In this document: one piece after another, positions 24,776 through 39,684 of the stretch
Position numbering within the stretch: position 1 is the first letter of the stretch
Layout of the letters: each line of letters opens with the position of its first letter
Assembly: GCF_006345805.1 (NCBI RefSeq)
Contig: NC_043003.1
Location: 35,526,001 to 35,590,000 of the forward strand
Origin: Octopus sinensis
Lineage: Eukaryota
Reading direction: 5' to 3'
DNA length: 64,000 bases
Translations under genes and position numbers: made by a program
Notes under the pieces: model-generated
The model's database searches: none
What the model was told of the DNA's origin: nothing
What the model saw: only the letters and a program-made list of their open reading frames with translations

Positions 24776-27700
24776 TATACACACATCATTGAAATATATT
24801 TCTTGTCGTTCGTTGTTGCTGTTTTGAGAAATATCACAGGTGTTTTGGGAAAATAATATTGGTTTGCGCTGCTATAAACTGGAAAAAAAGCTACATATAA
24901 AATAGCCAACGTTTGGTGTTATTGATGGTGTCGGGGGAAATCAAACGTTTCAGACAGTGTCACTTTATCGCCAAACTCGATAACTTTGTATTTGTCTGGA
25001 TCTGATGTGATGCTGATATGTGTGTTGGTTTTTCACAGACCATTGAGAAATACTGCAGTCATAATTACAAACGAACGTTTTATGCACACACATTGCAAAA
25101 CACACACACATTGATAAACACACACACATATATGTACGTGTGCTTGTGTGTGTTAATAAGTGTACGATAAATTATTTATTGTTAACTGTCCACAACTCAA
25201 AATTTCATTTGACAGAACTTTGCTAACTGCATTCATCGAATCTGACGTCTCAAGTTCAATTTTCACTTCCCTTGTAAACTAAAGACACGCTATCAATTTC
25301 AAGCTTGCGGCGTAAGATGGAGAGCTATAATAGGCAATTTGTTAAATTTTAGGTATTATATTTTCTTTGGAATCATTTGAGTTTGGCGTCTGGAAATTAA
25401 TTTTCGACCACGCGAAATAGAATAAAGAGCCATGGTTTTCTGTCAGTCACCAAATTATGTTGGACAGAAATTCAAGAATAAAAGCTTTCGTTGACTCTCT
25501 ACAATAATAATAAATTTTAACTCTTTAACTACTTTAACCTCTTGGATTATTGTATGGAGGTAGGAGTAATCGCTATCAGATTATTATGATACAGCTTTCT
25601 TCTTTTAAACTCTTATTTTATCTCCACAGAGAAATATGACAATCAATATCGACTGAATGAAAATACTTTAGTTTATATTTTCTTTCTCTTCTTTTACTGA
25701 AGACCTAGAGCACAATCACAGAATGGTCTGTGAAAAACCAACGCAAATATCATTATCATATCAGATCACGAATGCACGTAAGGTAAAGTTGGGCTCGGTG
25801 GTATTTGAACTCAAAACCTAAAAAGCCAAAAGAAATACTGTGAAACTTTTTCCGACATTATACTAGACTCGTTCCATCCACCTTGGGTGGAAGTCTAAAT
25901 TATATGTATAATTCATGATTAAAGTTTTTGAGGCCGTGAAAGATTGTTGGTTCTAATTTGTGTGTATACGCGTTGCTCTTGTTTTGTCGTTAGAATAAGA
26001 TATCGATGTGCAGTAGTCTTTTGAACATATGCTCAACACTCAGATGACTGACGAATCTGCTGCTTTACCAAAAGCTATCCCACTTGCATTCTCAATATTT
26101 ATAAATTTGTAATTATTTGTAATGTAACACATTCCTATGGCGACGAGCTACCTCTATATTAATCGAATTTGGCAATTTTTATCAGTTACTATATAGATTG
26201 GTCGTTCATATGCCCGTAGAGTTCTTAGTATAGATTTAATCAGCTTAAAATCCATATGTGTGTATGTGTTTGTATGTGAGTACATATGGGTATTTTTCGA
26301 CGAGTGAACATTCATGTCAATTGTTATTTACTTCTGGGAGATGTATTCAGGATCAGTGGCTTTAAGTTTGAAAGAATGTACATAATAGGAAGAAAGGTTT
26401 TGAATGATCTTGTTTGGCTGCTATTGTTTGTGAGTGAGGGGATATTAGTTATAATATATGTGTGGGTTTGAGTGACAGCGTAAGTTACGAGAGGTAATAA
26501 TGCGCTGCCTTTAGTAGTGCATATAATCTCCTCCGTATATGAATATTTGATGCTGGACTGACAGAAAAAAATGAGTAGTTTATTATTTCTTATGTGTGAA
26601 AGTGCTTGTAATTCAGTGCGTGCTCTTGAGCAACTTGTTGATCCATGTGAATCTGTGTTGGATTCACAAATGCTCTTGCTTCAAGTCATTTCGATTATTA
26701 ACAAAGCCTACTTCAATAATATTGCTATTAATAAAACATTTAATTCTATCTTCATCTTCTTATAACATTTTCTCCGTCTTCTATCTTTCTAAAAATAGTA
26801 CTTTTCTTCAAGACCATTATTTGCACTTTAATATGTCAAAAACCCATTCATTACAGTTGCATATTCATATTAAATAATGATATACTTTCTTCGATTTCTT
26901 AGAAAATTGATTTTTGGGGCATTTGCGTCCAAGAAATTCTTGGCATTTTCTCTCGCCCCACATTTGAAAGTCATTAATTCATTTCTTATCGGTTTATTAA
27001 TTATGCATGTACTCTCTTCTTGAAAACGCAAGAAAAAATATGCCTTGTGACATTTACTCCTTCTTTTGAGATCTACCATCAAATACAACACAGGTTAATT
27101 TTTGTAGTCGATTAAAGAAAGTGTCGGTTGCATATTGCAGTCGATGTAATGGACTAAACACCATATTTCAGAACTACTGGCCATGTGCCTAAATTATCAA
27201 CTTGGGTGATGGATTAGCACAATCATTAGAACGTCGACTCTTTACGCTACTACATCATATATCACTAAGGTCAGATATGCCTTCATCTACCCAGTGGTAA
27301 TGAAGTAACAAACTGCTCAAGAGCTGACGTTGCTTTAAATTACTTACTTCTTTCTTTAAATTGTTGCCCTTGATTCTATATAAACATGTGTAGTGCGCAT
27401 AAACGTCTTTTAAAATGTCTGGGTAAGTGTAATTGTTTGTTTCCCAGTAAGATGTGTGTGTGTACCAGTTAAAAACGGGAGTCAAAATCGCTGGCCTTGT
27501 GCCAAAATTTGAAACCAATATATAATTCAAGTCATCCCATATATTTTGGAAGCCTTGTGGTTTTGAAAATATTACCATCATGCTGAAATGCCGTAATAGT
27601 AAACCTATTTTCTCATTTATGTTATGTAACGTAATATACATTACTTCCATAAAGTGTGCATGTATGTTTCTGCTGCAAATTATATCGCAGTAATTTCATC

Positions 27701-30700
27701 AAACTTCGTATTCCTGTGTGTAATTATTTGTTTCTTAGTGTAACATTTATGAAACAGGACCTTTAAATTTTAGGTCGATACGGCTAGGATCAATTTTCCG
27801 TTTTAGATTTCAACTGGGTCTCGTATAGTAGGGCTTTTGCGAGTGTTGGTTGCTAAAGTATTTTCTGGCGTCCATAACTTCGGTTCGTGCGTTACAGGAA
27901 TTTTTCGTTGATATCGACAGTGACTTTGTCATTATGTTCTTTAAGGAGGCAAGTTTGAAGGGTGTGGCGAGAATCGGATTTCAGTAATTGTAGGTTGCAT
28001 AAGAGCATAAGAGCTTTTCAACTGTATTCGTTGTAGAGTTTGATGCCAATCACTTAGCAAATGTGAAGTCTTGTCCTCTGGATTGTTGCTTACTGAATCA
28101 TCATGATTCTGAAGCAGAAAGCCGGAAGATCCCTCAAAGTTGGAGATACATTCTATTGTCAAATGACTAGTATGATGAATTGTTACACGTGAAGCGTGAG
28201 AACATATGGGTTCTTCAATGCGCGCAGGATTCTCCTACGTTTTGCATGTTTTGTAGCAGTGGATAGAAACAATCTTGTTTGTGGTAGCGAGTAGTTTTAA
28301 TCAAATTTTGTAGGCCCCGTTTCTAGCGTAACGACTTTCAAACCGCTACGATTTTGAGATTTAGTTATGCATATTGATTGCTTATGTGATATGAGGCATG
28401 CTTAAACATTGCTTTCGATCACTAGCCTAGCTGTCTAAGATGAGTAAGGACAGACGTTCATGGACTGGTAGCATATATAAATATACACTTGTCAACTCTT
28501 TCCGGTATCTATTATTCAGTCTACTGTTGTAGAGTATCGATGTATAAGTTTCTTTCAGAATGTTTGAAAACTACGTCAAACCTGTGTCATGATTTTCCCT
28601 ATCTCACCGATAAAGTCCCAGCTAACTGCGCAACATATCGCTTTAATTATGAGGAAGCTTGTGTAGAGATATTCTATAAATTCGTTCCCATCAGCTAATA
28701 CTCCGAATATATGCCGCGTAACGAGGATGGTCCCACGTTCCCACGGACTACTAGAAATCGTAGCCAATTCTCCACCTTACTGCTTTACACAAAATAGAAG
28801 CTCCATTGGATACTGTAGTCTTAAGTGTCTGAAAATAAAATTATGTCAGCATGTTTGAAACGACTTTTATCATAAATCTGCTTTGTTACTACGGACGTGG
28901 GATGTAACAACAATTACTACGATAGTAGTCGATATAATTTTGGGTGCCCTACATAAAGTCTCTTTTGTTGCCCTACACAGAAGCAGGAAGGAGTTAGCTG
29001 TGATTATAGAAAGACAAATATGACTTAATTTTTATAATTTTTAAAGAAGTCATTTCTCTAAGTGTTGAGCAGTTTATTAAGTAAGGTCATAACTACATAT
29101 ATATATTAAATATTGTTACAGTTGTTCTTTCCTCTACTTGCACGGAATTTTGCAAACATGGCGTCCAAGCAGCGATCTTTAGCGCTTTGTATATCTGCGA
29201 CCATATTATCCAATGTGTAATTCCTCATTAAGACGGGAGTGTGTGGTTTGAGGACATTCGGTTGGTGTTTCTGCAACAAGCAATTGCGCAGATGTTCCTC
29301 GTGGAGTAACGTATTTTAACACATGTGATGTTTTGAAAGTTTTATTGTGAACCGCATTCCCCGAAAAATAATGTTTAACTTAAATTTGAGAGTGAATCGA
29401 TGAGAAATGAATCGCTCCATGAATAGGAAACCAGCCTGTCACAGATAACATATCCGGAAGATGTATTTCTAAATAGCTACGTGAACTGAGGTTTTTATAT
29501 AATACATGCTTCCGATAAAGGATTCAACAAAATCAAATCGATAGGCCAATAACTTTTGCATATGGTGCTGTCTTCGCTGCTACACGTATACGTATGTACG
29601 TATAAATATAAACACAAAGACCAGAATTCAGCGATGTTTGTTTGAAACAATACTGGAGCTAAAAGCCATATCAAAATTTGTAAATATGTTTACTAAACTG
29701 AGATAGAGCATTTCTTACCTTGCTAGACGCATTTAACTACCAAATCACTTGATGCGTTTGCTCTCTCCGGCCTCTCTGCCTCTACATTAATGCATAATTG
29801 TAATCTATTAAATAGCAGGAAATGTTGCCGCTCTTGACAATGAAGTTACAACGAAAATTAGAGAGTAATTTGTCATGGCAAATTTCTTCAAGGAACAAAG
29901 TTCCTCTTATAAACAGCGTGGTACAAAAAGCGTGGTTGTGTAATGGCATCAGTTCAATTCATTGTAATTTTGATGTTTTTCTCCAACCTCTCTTATCGAA
30001 CACTAGTTTTAGGGTACATATTAAATAGTCTTTAAATGGAGTGTCTACCAAAGAAATTCTGCATTCTGATGATAACCTTCAAGTATCATTATCACTAGGT
30101 GTCATTTAGTGCAATGTTACTCGTCTTCGAAGACAGTGGAATCATTCGGATTATGTATAGGCTTGAAAACAAATAAACAACTCATCAAGAACCTGGAACT
30201 TTACATAATTTCGATTAATAAACCAAACTAAATACAACCGTTCTGTTCATTATTTAATATTGGCTGTAAGTATATTCATAAAGCCTATTGAACAATGTCT
30301 CATACTAAAGGTTGCGAACAGCAACAAGCGAATTTGCTTCGCTATAATGAGACCACTAAATATGGCTGAAAATCTCGAAGAATGCAAGATTCGAACCCCG
30401 GCATGCAACCATTCGACACTAAGCAATTTCTTTTAATTCTGCTTAAGATCTCCATAAGGAATGTGTTTACTTCTGTATGCCATACAATTTAATGTTATGA
30501 AATTGAATTCATTTTGTCAAATGGGGGCTAATATAGTTAATATAGTAGGGCAAGAGAGGAATAAAAATCAATAGAAATTACACTTGTAATTAAAAAGAAT
30601 AGTCAGAGACAGAAAGAAGTCTGATATATGTCCGAGGCTTCATTGTAGTTGCTAAAGATCAGACATATTCCCTGCTACTCTTCAATTAATCTTTAACCAA

Positions 30701-31249
30701 TTTAAATTTCGGAGAGCTCCACTTTCCTATTTCGTCAAGAATTGCCTTTGATATTACTGTGTTTTGTTAGCAATTCAAATATTCATTTTGGATCAGAATA
30801 TTAAGCTTGTTGTCTCACACTTAACTATATGTTCTTCACGAGAAAAGCATCCATAGGAAAATTCCCAAAATTTAATTAGCCTTTTGTAGGTACTGCTCCT
30901 CATTGTGAAAATATTGCGTAAATTAGAATAGCTTCTCTTTTGTTCACATTAAAATAGCTACTCTCAGCACTTTGAAACGCGTATTCACAGCTTGCAGTCT
31001 AGATTACAATCTACAACTGGCTTGTCATCTCAGATCTCCGATACCACAAATCAACTAATAGACGCCAAACACCATTACTCCATCTCTTACGTTACTTTCT
31101 CATTTCTTTGCAAATGTACTTTTATAACTTAACTGTAGTCTATTCTTTTTTTTTTTTTTGGTTTTTGCTATTTTTAACAATTAGTTTGGAATTGTTTACA
31201 GCATCTGCTGTTTGTCAATGAATACACACGGGCATCAAAAATTTAGCAA

Positions 31250-31420
31250 AGCCATGTATATGTGGTTATGAAGTTTGATTCGCAACCACAAGGTTCCGGG
31301 TTCGAATCAGTTTCTGGGGAAATGTTGTCTACCATAGGTTCAGTTGAAAAATACTTTGTTAGTGGAATTTTTTTTAAAGGAAACTGTGTGGAAACACGAA
31401 TGCGTGCGTGTGTATTTGTG
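31250..31420 (+). mobile_element. Decayed CORE-type SINE head
   Basis: gtggttatgaagtttgattcgcaaccacaaggttccgggttcgaatc. Confidence 0.55.
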
Positions 31421-31443
31421 AGTGAGTGAGTGTGTGTGTGTGT

Positions 31444-31482
<39 letters not shown>

Positions 31483-31714
31483 TGTGTATGTATTCGTGCA
31501 CATTTGTGTGTTATGTATAGAATGCTTGCATTCATCTTACAGCACCTGATCGGAAAAAATTATCATCGACTAAGCAAGTCACTTTTTTTTTAAACGTTGG
31601 TATTATTCATGGGATCGAGAACTTATGGCAGACATTGGGGTTTTGTCACTGTCTAATATTCTACTGTTATATTTCGTATCATAAATGACGTTAGTAGCAA
31701 TATTATATGGGTTT

Positions 31715-31930
31715 AAGTTGGCGAGCTGGTAAAGGGGTTAGTACTTTGAGCAAAATGCTTAACGGCATTTAATCTATTTTTACTATCTGAGTTCAAACTC
31801 AACCGAGGTCAAGTTCGCTTTTCATCATTTGAAGGTGGATAAAGTAAGTATCTATTGTAGCCTGAAGGCGATGTAATCGAATAATCTCCTCCCTCGAGAT
31901 TGCCAGCCTTCTGAAAAGATTTGGACCCAA
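31715..31930 (+). mobile_element. Decayed SINE (family of 4860-5399)
   Basis: ggcgagctgg...gagttcaaactcaaccgaggtc...cttttcatc. Confidence 0.6.
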
Positions 31931-32756
31931 CATCATTACTGTAGAAATTTAATACTTTTTTACTGTTAAGACAGCTTCCAGGTGGAATCATTAGCGCGTA
32001 AGACACAATTCTCAGCGGTATTTCTTCCGGTTCCATATATACTGAGCTCAAATCCGGCCTAGGTCAAATTTGCACTTCTTCCTTACGTGGTCGATTAGAT
32101 AACTATCAATTGAGGACAGGAGTCGATGGAATCAATTAACCTCTCCCATTAAAATTGTTGAAATTGTACCAAAATTTGAATCCGATATCATAATCTTCAA
32201 TTTTAATTCTGCTGTATAAGGATCGCAAATCAATCTTTCTTTTATACCATTAACATTGGTAGTAAACCTCAAGATTAAACTGATGATGAGCTGCTCCAGC
32301 ATATTCAACCATGTATAAATTTATTCAGATATAGTACATTTCACGCATAATCATTTATGTGTAGTGTGCTTGGAAACGGAAGGAAAGTGAAACATTTGGA
32401 ACTGCCTACTAAACTTGTGCTGTGCTGAAGCTTCGCCTTTTTCTTGTCTTATAAGCTGCTCTACAAAGTTCTCACGCATCAATTTTACCGGCTGTACGAA
32501 TTTGGAATCTATTGTATTAGAAGAATTAGTTTGCCACCTTAAGGGAAGTATAGGAGTTCCGGTCGAGTGTTACCCAATACAGACTCACAATATACATATT
32601 TGTATGTAAGTACATATACATATATATCTATCTATCCGCTCAGTCAAAGTCGACTCTCGGTTACTCGTTGGATCAGTGTCCTCCAGTCAGTTCTGCCCTG
32701 GGCCGCTTCTTTCAGATTGGGTATGTCCATTCCGGTATATATATATATATATACGA

Positions 32757-32950
32757 AGATGTACTCGCATAGCAAGTAATTTGATCTGAGATCGTGTGCT
32801 GAAACGAAAACAATTGCAGCGTGGAAGGTGTTTATAAGCCATTTAAGAAACACACAAAAGCCGTTCGATTAACTCCAACATTTAAGCTTATTTTGTCAAA
32901 ATATTTTCGTCGCTAAAATCCGCGACCTGTTCACTGACAAAGTCCGTGCT
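32757..32950 (-). mobile_element. Interspersed non-coding element (copy 2) with hammerhead-like motif
   Basis: Matches 17670-17812. Confidence 0.85.
32892..32941 (-). ncRNA. Hammerhead-like motif, G3:C8 variant
   Basis: 50/50 identical to 17753-17802. Confidence 0.6.
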
Positions 32951-32981
32951 GCATCTCTCTATATATATATATATATATATA

Positions 32982-33205
32982 TTGGTAAAAACGGTAATAT
33001 AACAAAAGCAAGAAAGAGACCTCAATATTATGTAAATAGAGGAAATTTATCTATAAAATGATATGTTATTCAATAGACACGATAAAACTCTGAGTTTCGG
33101 ATACAACACCAGATAACCGAAGAGATGGTGTTGTGGATTTCCACTTCGGCATCCGAAACTCACAATTTTATCTTGACTATTGAATAATTGTAACATATTA
33201 TTTTA
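32982..33205. mobile_element. Foldback element with decayed hammerhead-like motif (33112-33172, +)
   Basis: Arms ttattcaatagacacgataaaactctgagtttcggat / atccgaaactcacaattttatcttgactattgaataa. Confidence 0.6.
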
Positions 33206-33969
33206 TATATATGTATTTTTATAAGTATATATGTGTATGTATATATGAATGTATATATATATATATACATACACACATATATATGCATATATATACACAT
33301 ATAAATATATACCTATATACCTATATGTACACTTACCAGCACATACATATCTGTGTCTACAGGAGAATGGTTGTAATTGTGCACCTATGTGTGTGGTGTG
33401 TGTGTGTATGTGTGCTTGTGTATATGTGCGTGTGCGTGCCTTTGCATGTGCGTATGGTGTGTATGTGTTTGTGAATGTGTGTCGATATATTTTTGTATCT
33501 TTGGAATTGTAAAGATTAGCGAGAAAATACCAAAAAGAAAAAAAAAATGATACATTACAAATTTCTTGAGTTACTGGTTCAATACTGAATTGCATGCAGT
33601 TACATTTCCTTCTGAAAGTCATAAATGTAATCGACCATTCACTGGTTCACTGGAAGTCTATAGCGACTAGTACTATAGTTCAACATTCACGATATGTAAC
33701 ATACATCAACACATTACAATTCGTATTTGATTCTAGAAGTAAATCATGTCGCACAAAATGGACAGCAGACATTTTTTACACATTTTTCCTCATACTTCTG
33801 TGAAATTTTGTCATTTACTTGACTTTTCGAGATCGTGTATATCAATCAAAATCTGATCAAACTATTGATTTGAGGAGAATGAGAAATGTAAAGTAAGATT
33901 CATGCAATTTGAAAAAAAAATTATGTAAGTAAACTATTACATTCAAGCGTGAAAGCGGTTGCCTACTTT

Positions 33970-33998
33970 GATGAAAACATGTCGAGTAAGTTTATATC

Positions 33999-34056
<58 letters not shown>

Positions 34057-34220
34057 TATATATATTATATATATATATGTATATATATATGTATATATAT
34101 ATGTATATATATATGTATATATATATGTGTATATATATATGTGTATATATATGTATATATATATATGTATATATATATAATATATATATGTATATATATA
34201 TATATAGATAGACAGATACA

Positions 34221-34254
<34 letters not shown>

Positions 34255-34653
34255 CATACAAACATACATATATGTAAATTTGTTAAATTTCCTACATTTC
34301 CCGTATTTGTCGTTCTTATCGCTCTTTGCTCCTCGCACATTTAATCTCTCTCTCTTCTTTCTCTCTCTTCTTTCTCTCTATCCACACACATACACACACA
34401 TACCTCTATGCATATATGTATATGTGCGTGTGTGTTTGTGTATGTATGTATATATAGTTACATGCATATATATATATATATATACACATACACACAGATA
34501 TATGTGTTCACATCTACATATATATAGCTATACATCTATGAATACATCCATGTTGATGTGTATATATATAGATAGATATAGATATATACATGTATATATA
34601 TGCATTTATATACATTTATATATATATATATACATATATCCATATATATATAT

Positions 34654-34701
<48 letters not shown>

Positions 34702-34734
34702 TATACATATACATACATATACAGTAAACATGCT

Positions 34735-34776
<42 letters not shown>

Positions 34777-34780
34777 CATC
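33970..34780. repeat. (TA)n/(TACA)n-rich microsatellite block
   Basis: Direct reading. Confidence 0.9.
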
Positions 34781-36769
34781 TATTACACACAGTGATGCAT
34801 GTGAGGGTGTATCTGAATTTTATGAGATCTGCGTTTGACATACACATGCACACACACACATACACACACAGATATATGTATATATTTACATATATATCTT
34901 TAAATATATATATGTGTGTGTCTGTGTGGAGTGTGTGTGTGTGTATGTGTGTCTGTGTATGTGTGTGAGTATGTGCGTATGTGTGTCTTCCGTTGTGTGT
35001 AAATGCATTTTAAATGTTTGTAACGAAGGAAGGTGTTGGTGTTCTGTATTACAATTCTATGAAGAAAAGAATGTATTAAATTGAAAGAAAATCTTTTGAT
35101 TAATGCGAACTTCGCTGAATCGAATACTTTAATTGGTGTTAAAACATTATAAAAAGAAGACGACATCATAGTAATGAAGAAACAATAGAAAACAGATTAA
35201 GCACGTGACTTAGATAGATGTGATTAAGAGTATCGTTAGAACAATTGGTTATTGATTGCATGTTTTTATTGAGTTTTCTAACAATAAATATTTCCGCAGC
35301 ACGTTGTAATTATGCAAAATTTAGAGATAATTTTATATTTGTTGGTTGATATTTATTTCTATTTACGTCTTTTTTTTTAATTTTCAAAGAATATTATTTT
35401 GCATACTTTCTTTTGAAAATTCGCAAATAGAAGAGGATATTTATATAAGAAAATGGTTTAGAGATAAAACTGTATATAACATCAACAAATATAAAGAACT
35501 AAGTAAGAGATCCTGGAGAAAAACTGTGGACATATTTTTCATGATATTGAAGCTTCAGTTTTATATCCTGCAAAGACTTCCATGCTTCATTTCTATATGT
35601 GATATTTAGATGGGCGGAGATTATGTTCTATTACATACGTAAATGAGGCATAATCTAAAAATACGAAGCTTATGGAATCATAATTACATATACCAGGGCA
35701 GGACCTGATAGAATAACATATGTGTGACATAATCATGCGTAATATGATATAAGTAACTACATTATAACAGTATCACTCACAATATGAGAGAATTTCACAT
35801 TCTTTGACGTAATTACTAGTCCTGTGATAGATACTGCAACAGAATCGTATATATAATAATAATAAGACACAAATACAAAACTCAATGAAAGCGCAATTGT
35901 TTATCAGTTGAGAGCAGGAAATAACTATTTTGAGCACCGTACGCAGATTTCGTGCCACTGAGACTTACTTCACTCTTGCAATATTATTTGTTCTCACCAT
36001 ATTTCTATTAGTCCAGTTCTTACTGTTTCATAAAAAGCAAAGAAATTAAAGAATTTAGCTCTATAAAAGTATCCCCCAAAACAAATAAACGGAAATTCAG
36101 TTACAAACCAGAATGAGTAATTAGTGAATATTTCTCTAAACCATAATTCACACAGTATTTCACGGAATGAATGGTAAACTTATTGAGTCATATCTGAAAT
36201 ATTTATCCAAAAGACCTGAAAACGTAATCTGTATTGTGTCTGTATCAAAATTGAAGGAAACTGGTATACGACAATTATTTAATGCACTTTATATATACAT
36301 TTTATTTACTTTATGCACAATTTTATAGACTTAATATACAGCGCTCTCCTTTCTCTCTAACTCTTTGCCTTATCCTCTTTTTCTCTCTCTTTTTTTCGCT
36401 CTTCGCCTTTCCTTTCAACTAATTATGTGAAAGTGTTACAGACGGGCTCAGTAACGGAGAAAAAAGCTTAGCTCAAAGAAATTACACATTTCACTCACCA
36501 CCACTTCTATCTCCATAACCCCTATCTCCCCTCCTTCTCCACGTCTCCTTTCACCCTTCTGCTCCTACACTTCCAATCTCCCTTTTCCCTCACCGCCCCA
36601 TTCAACTAATCACATAGAAGCGTTACAAAAGAGGTAAGTAATGGAGGAACAAGTAGAATAAGATAATATACTATGTAAAACAGTTGAAAATGTCCAATGA
36701 CTGGAACACATCCAGAGAAGCTATTGTTAAAGTTTACATTGTCCAAACAGTATATGGATCTCTCAAAAC

Positions 36770-37055
36770 CCTAGCATATCAGCCACCAAAGTGATATTGA
36801 TTTCAAATTTTGTCACAAGGCTAGCAATTTCGGTGGGGTTTGGGGGATAAACCGATGACAAAACCTTAGTGTTTATCTGGTGCTTATTTTATTGACCTCG
36901 AAATGATGAAAGGCAAAGAATACCTCAAAAGGATAAAAGGTAAAGTCGACCTATCATAATTTGAACTCAGAACATAAAGACGGACGAAATGTCTCTTGGT
37001 CCTTTGGCGGGCGTGTGTTAACGATTTTGCAAGCTCGATGCCTTAGCCACCAAAT
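36770..37055 (-). mobile_element. SINE (4860 family head, alternative tail)
   Basis: gtaaagtcgacc...atttgaactcagaac; tail gatttcaaattttgtcacaaggctagcaattt. Confidence 0.7.
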
Positions 37056-39540
37056 GAATATTAAACACCCAGGATAGCTAACTAATATTTTCTTCACATA
37101 TGACGACCATATTCTATGCACCAGAAAAAATAAATAAATATTCAAAACTTTTATTAAAATATTCAGATAATACTCTTCCAGCAACATGACATTATCATTT
37201 TGAAATTGGTCAATATAATTACAATTCTCAAACGTGTCTGCAACCGCCATATTATAATAGGTTTGCTCGGTTCTTATATTTTACATACTAAACCGTATGA
37301 CTTCCCGTTTGATATGGGATATACCAGAATCATTATAATAGTGATGAGAATGAGATTCCACTAAGTCAAATGCTGAACATCAAAACTCCAGCAATTAGAA
37401 TGGCCCATAAGAGTAGAAAAATAGAGATTGGTCCCTGCAAATTTCATCGCTTTTACTAAAAAAAAAGAAAAGAAAAAGCAATCCTCGGAATCGACAGTTT
37501 CGAAAACTACAGCGAACGGAAATTTGCTAGTTTCTGATAATACCCCACCACCTCCTATAAATGAAAGTTAAACAGTGATAAATCTTCAGTAAACAAACTG
37601 AATAAAAATGATAGGTGGGAATTTTAATATTTTAATCAGTCAGCAAATGACCAAATAAATGCAGAAGTGTTGATATCTTCATTTATAGCCGATATTGTTA
37701 AAAAAGGAAATCTCTAATACGATAATTATATTTCTAAATGGACCTTTACCCCCACATATAACGTAAATATCAACACCTATCAATGTGTCGGAACTAGTGA
37801 TAGCCGACATGATAGTGTCTTGTAGGCTCACCTGAAAGAAGGTACACTGAAAAAGCTTTCCATTATAATGACATTGCACTTGTCCTTGAACTCACCAGAA
37901 TTCGTTCGTTGACTTGATAGAGAAAGGAAAGGAAATAGGAATGTCTTCCTTTCATTAAATTATTCTGCTATCAGTAGATTTCCTCAAACTCTCCCAAAGA
38001 GCAGCAATGATTTGACTATCACACTTATTGAAAGGATTTTTTTCCAGTTTCTACTTCGAATCCTCCTCCTCTGAGGATGTAATGTGCCAAACAACTGTAG
38101 ATTACTATCGCATTCAACAACGCTGACACTACTGGCAAAATGACGAAATCTTTAACGAAGGCCTAAGAATGCTAAATATCTTTTTTCTCCTAATCCCCAA
38201 CATACAGTAATTCTGTAACCACCCTATGTCTGTAGCCCCCGAGAACCGTTAGGCGTATTCAAGAGCGAAATCGTCAGACCTCCGTCAAAATTTTCTTGTT
38301 ACTGATGGAAAATGTTTTGCAATTCTGAATCCTACAGGATAGCTAAGGCGGAGATCATAAATATACTCATAGTTATACACTTCCACATCCCTAAAATCCA
38401 ATTCTACAACTCTGGATATCCCGTACTGTTCAGGCACTAATGTACAGCAGAAGTAATTTAATAATAGGTGAGATTAAACTATCCTTACATCTGATTTGGA
38501 GGAATTCACGCACAACTACAGAGTTTAAGTGCAAGACATTCATCAAAGCATATATACACACATATACATATACTGAGAGAGAAAGAGAGAGAGTGAGATG
38601 CACACTTATGAGCACATAAGGATATTTCATATATTGTGCATTCTGAGAAGTGTCCTGTCCCCCAGTTTGAAGTTTGAGACTTCTAGCTCTTGGCTAAGTG
38701 ATTTTACACTTCTAATCGAAGATAGTCTTTTATATATTGTGACAGTAAGAGTAGCTACATTCGTAGATTCTTTCTTCCAATTTTACATTGCAAATTTAAA
38801 CATATACATTCACACAAACAAAAGTATTTTCCGAAATTGTTTTCACACGGCAACTCTAATCCTACCTTTAGCAACTACATATTTTAAACTACAATTACTT
38901 TATTTCAATAAGCTGTAAATTCAGGTGATGTTTATCCTAAAACACTATTCACTGGGTATTTATTCTTGTTATCATTCTTCCATTCTATACAAGAACACAT
39001 TTAATATACAAATTATTGTGTAACTCATACTTAAAAATAGAATTCTTTTTCGCTAAGTCACCTCTCACATCAAGTATTTCGTAGACGCCTAATTTTATTT
39101 CCTCATCCAGCAACTATGGATAGTATTTTGTCAATTAGCATCGATAGGCTATGCAAATCCACGTACCTCTGGCATCTGTTTTCGAGAACTTAGCAAATGT
39201 AATGTTGGATCATTTTAAACAGAAAAGCGCTTGACATCTATTATACCAATTCCGGAAATCTTTTAATAACACTTATACAGGCTTTGTCAATCTCTCCTTG
39301 TAGACTGAGAAGCTAACAACACAATTACCCAACTGTAGCGTATTGCAACATGGCTTTTTATGTATAGCAAGCTTTGTTTATGCCTCCAGCCCTAACGCAG
39401 CCACTTTTAACAACGCAGGCTAATATACAAGGAATACCACACTTTATGTCTTCTTATAAATTGTATTACTAGAAACCTTCGATTATACGGTTCTGTGCAT
39501 ATCGTTCTTGAAAACAACAGCCAAGAGAAATAAAGCAACA

Positions 39541-39684
39541 TATTTACTATAAACAGCATCACAATAAAATCGAGACAAATGTCAAGAAAGGACTAGCCTA
39601 ACAGATTTTTAATATTTACTATAAACAGCATCACAATAAAATCGAGACAAATGTCAAGAAAGAACTAGCCTAACAGATTTTTAA
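39541..39684. repeat. 72-bp tandem duplication
   Basis: tatttactataaacagc...cagatttttaa twice, one mismatch. Confidence 0.95.

Noticed and set aside
25703-25777. 75-nt open exon candidate (LEHNHRMVCEKP...)
   Set aside because: The apparent donor gtaaggtaaag is part of an adjacent decayed SINE.
27830-28160. Possible decayed Penelope RT on the minus strand
   Set aside because: Only one marginal motif (YGRQKI); cannot be supported by eye.
29157-29220. aaacATGGCG start with a signal-peptide-like MASKQRSLALC
   Set aside because: Stops after 20 codons, has a weak donor and no downstream exons.
37826-37845. Recursive-splice-like ctttcag|gtgagc on the minus strand (also tcttcag|gtaagt at about 51128, plus)
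   Set aside because: About this many CAGGTRAG matches are expected by chance in 64 kb; the second lies within a LINE remnant.
37825-37917. Trypsin-like HYNDIALVLEL peptide
   Set aside because: Isolated; no His or Ser catalytic motifs nearby and an early stop.
37930-38440. Possible decayed LINE endonuclease on the minus strand
   Set aside because: Many stops and only a vague resemblance (LNAIVIYS...EEE).
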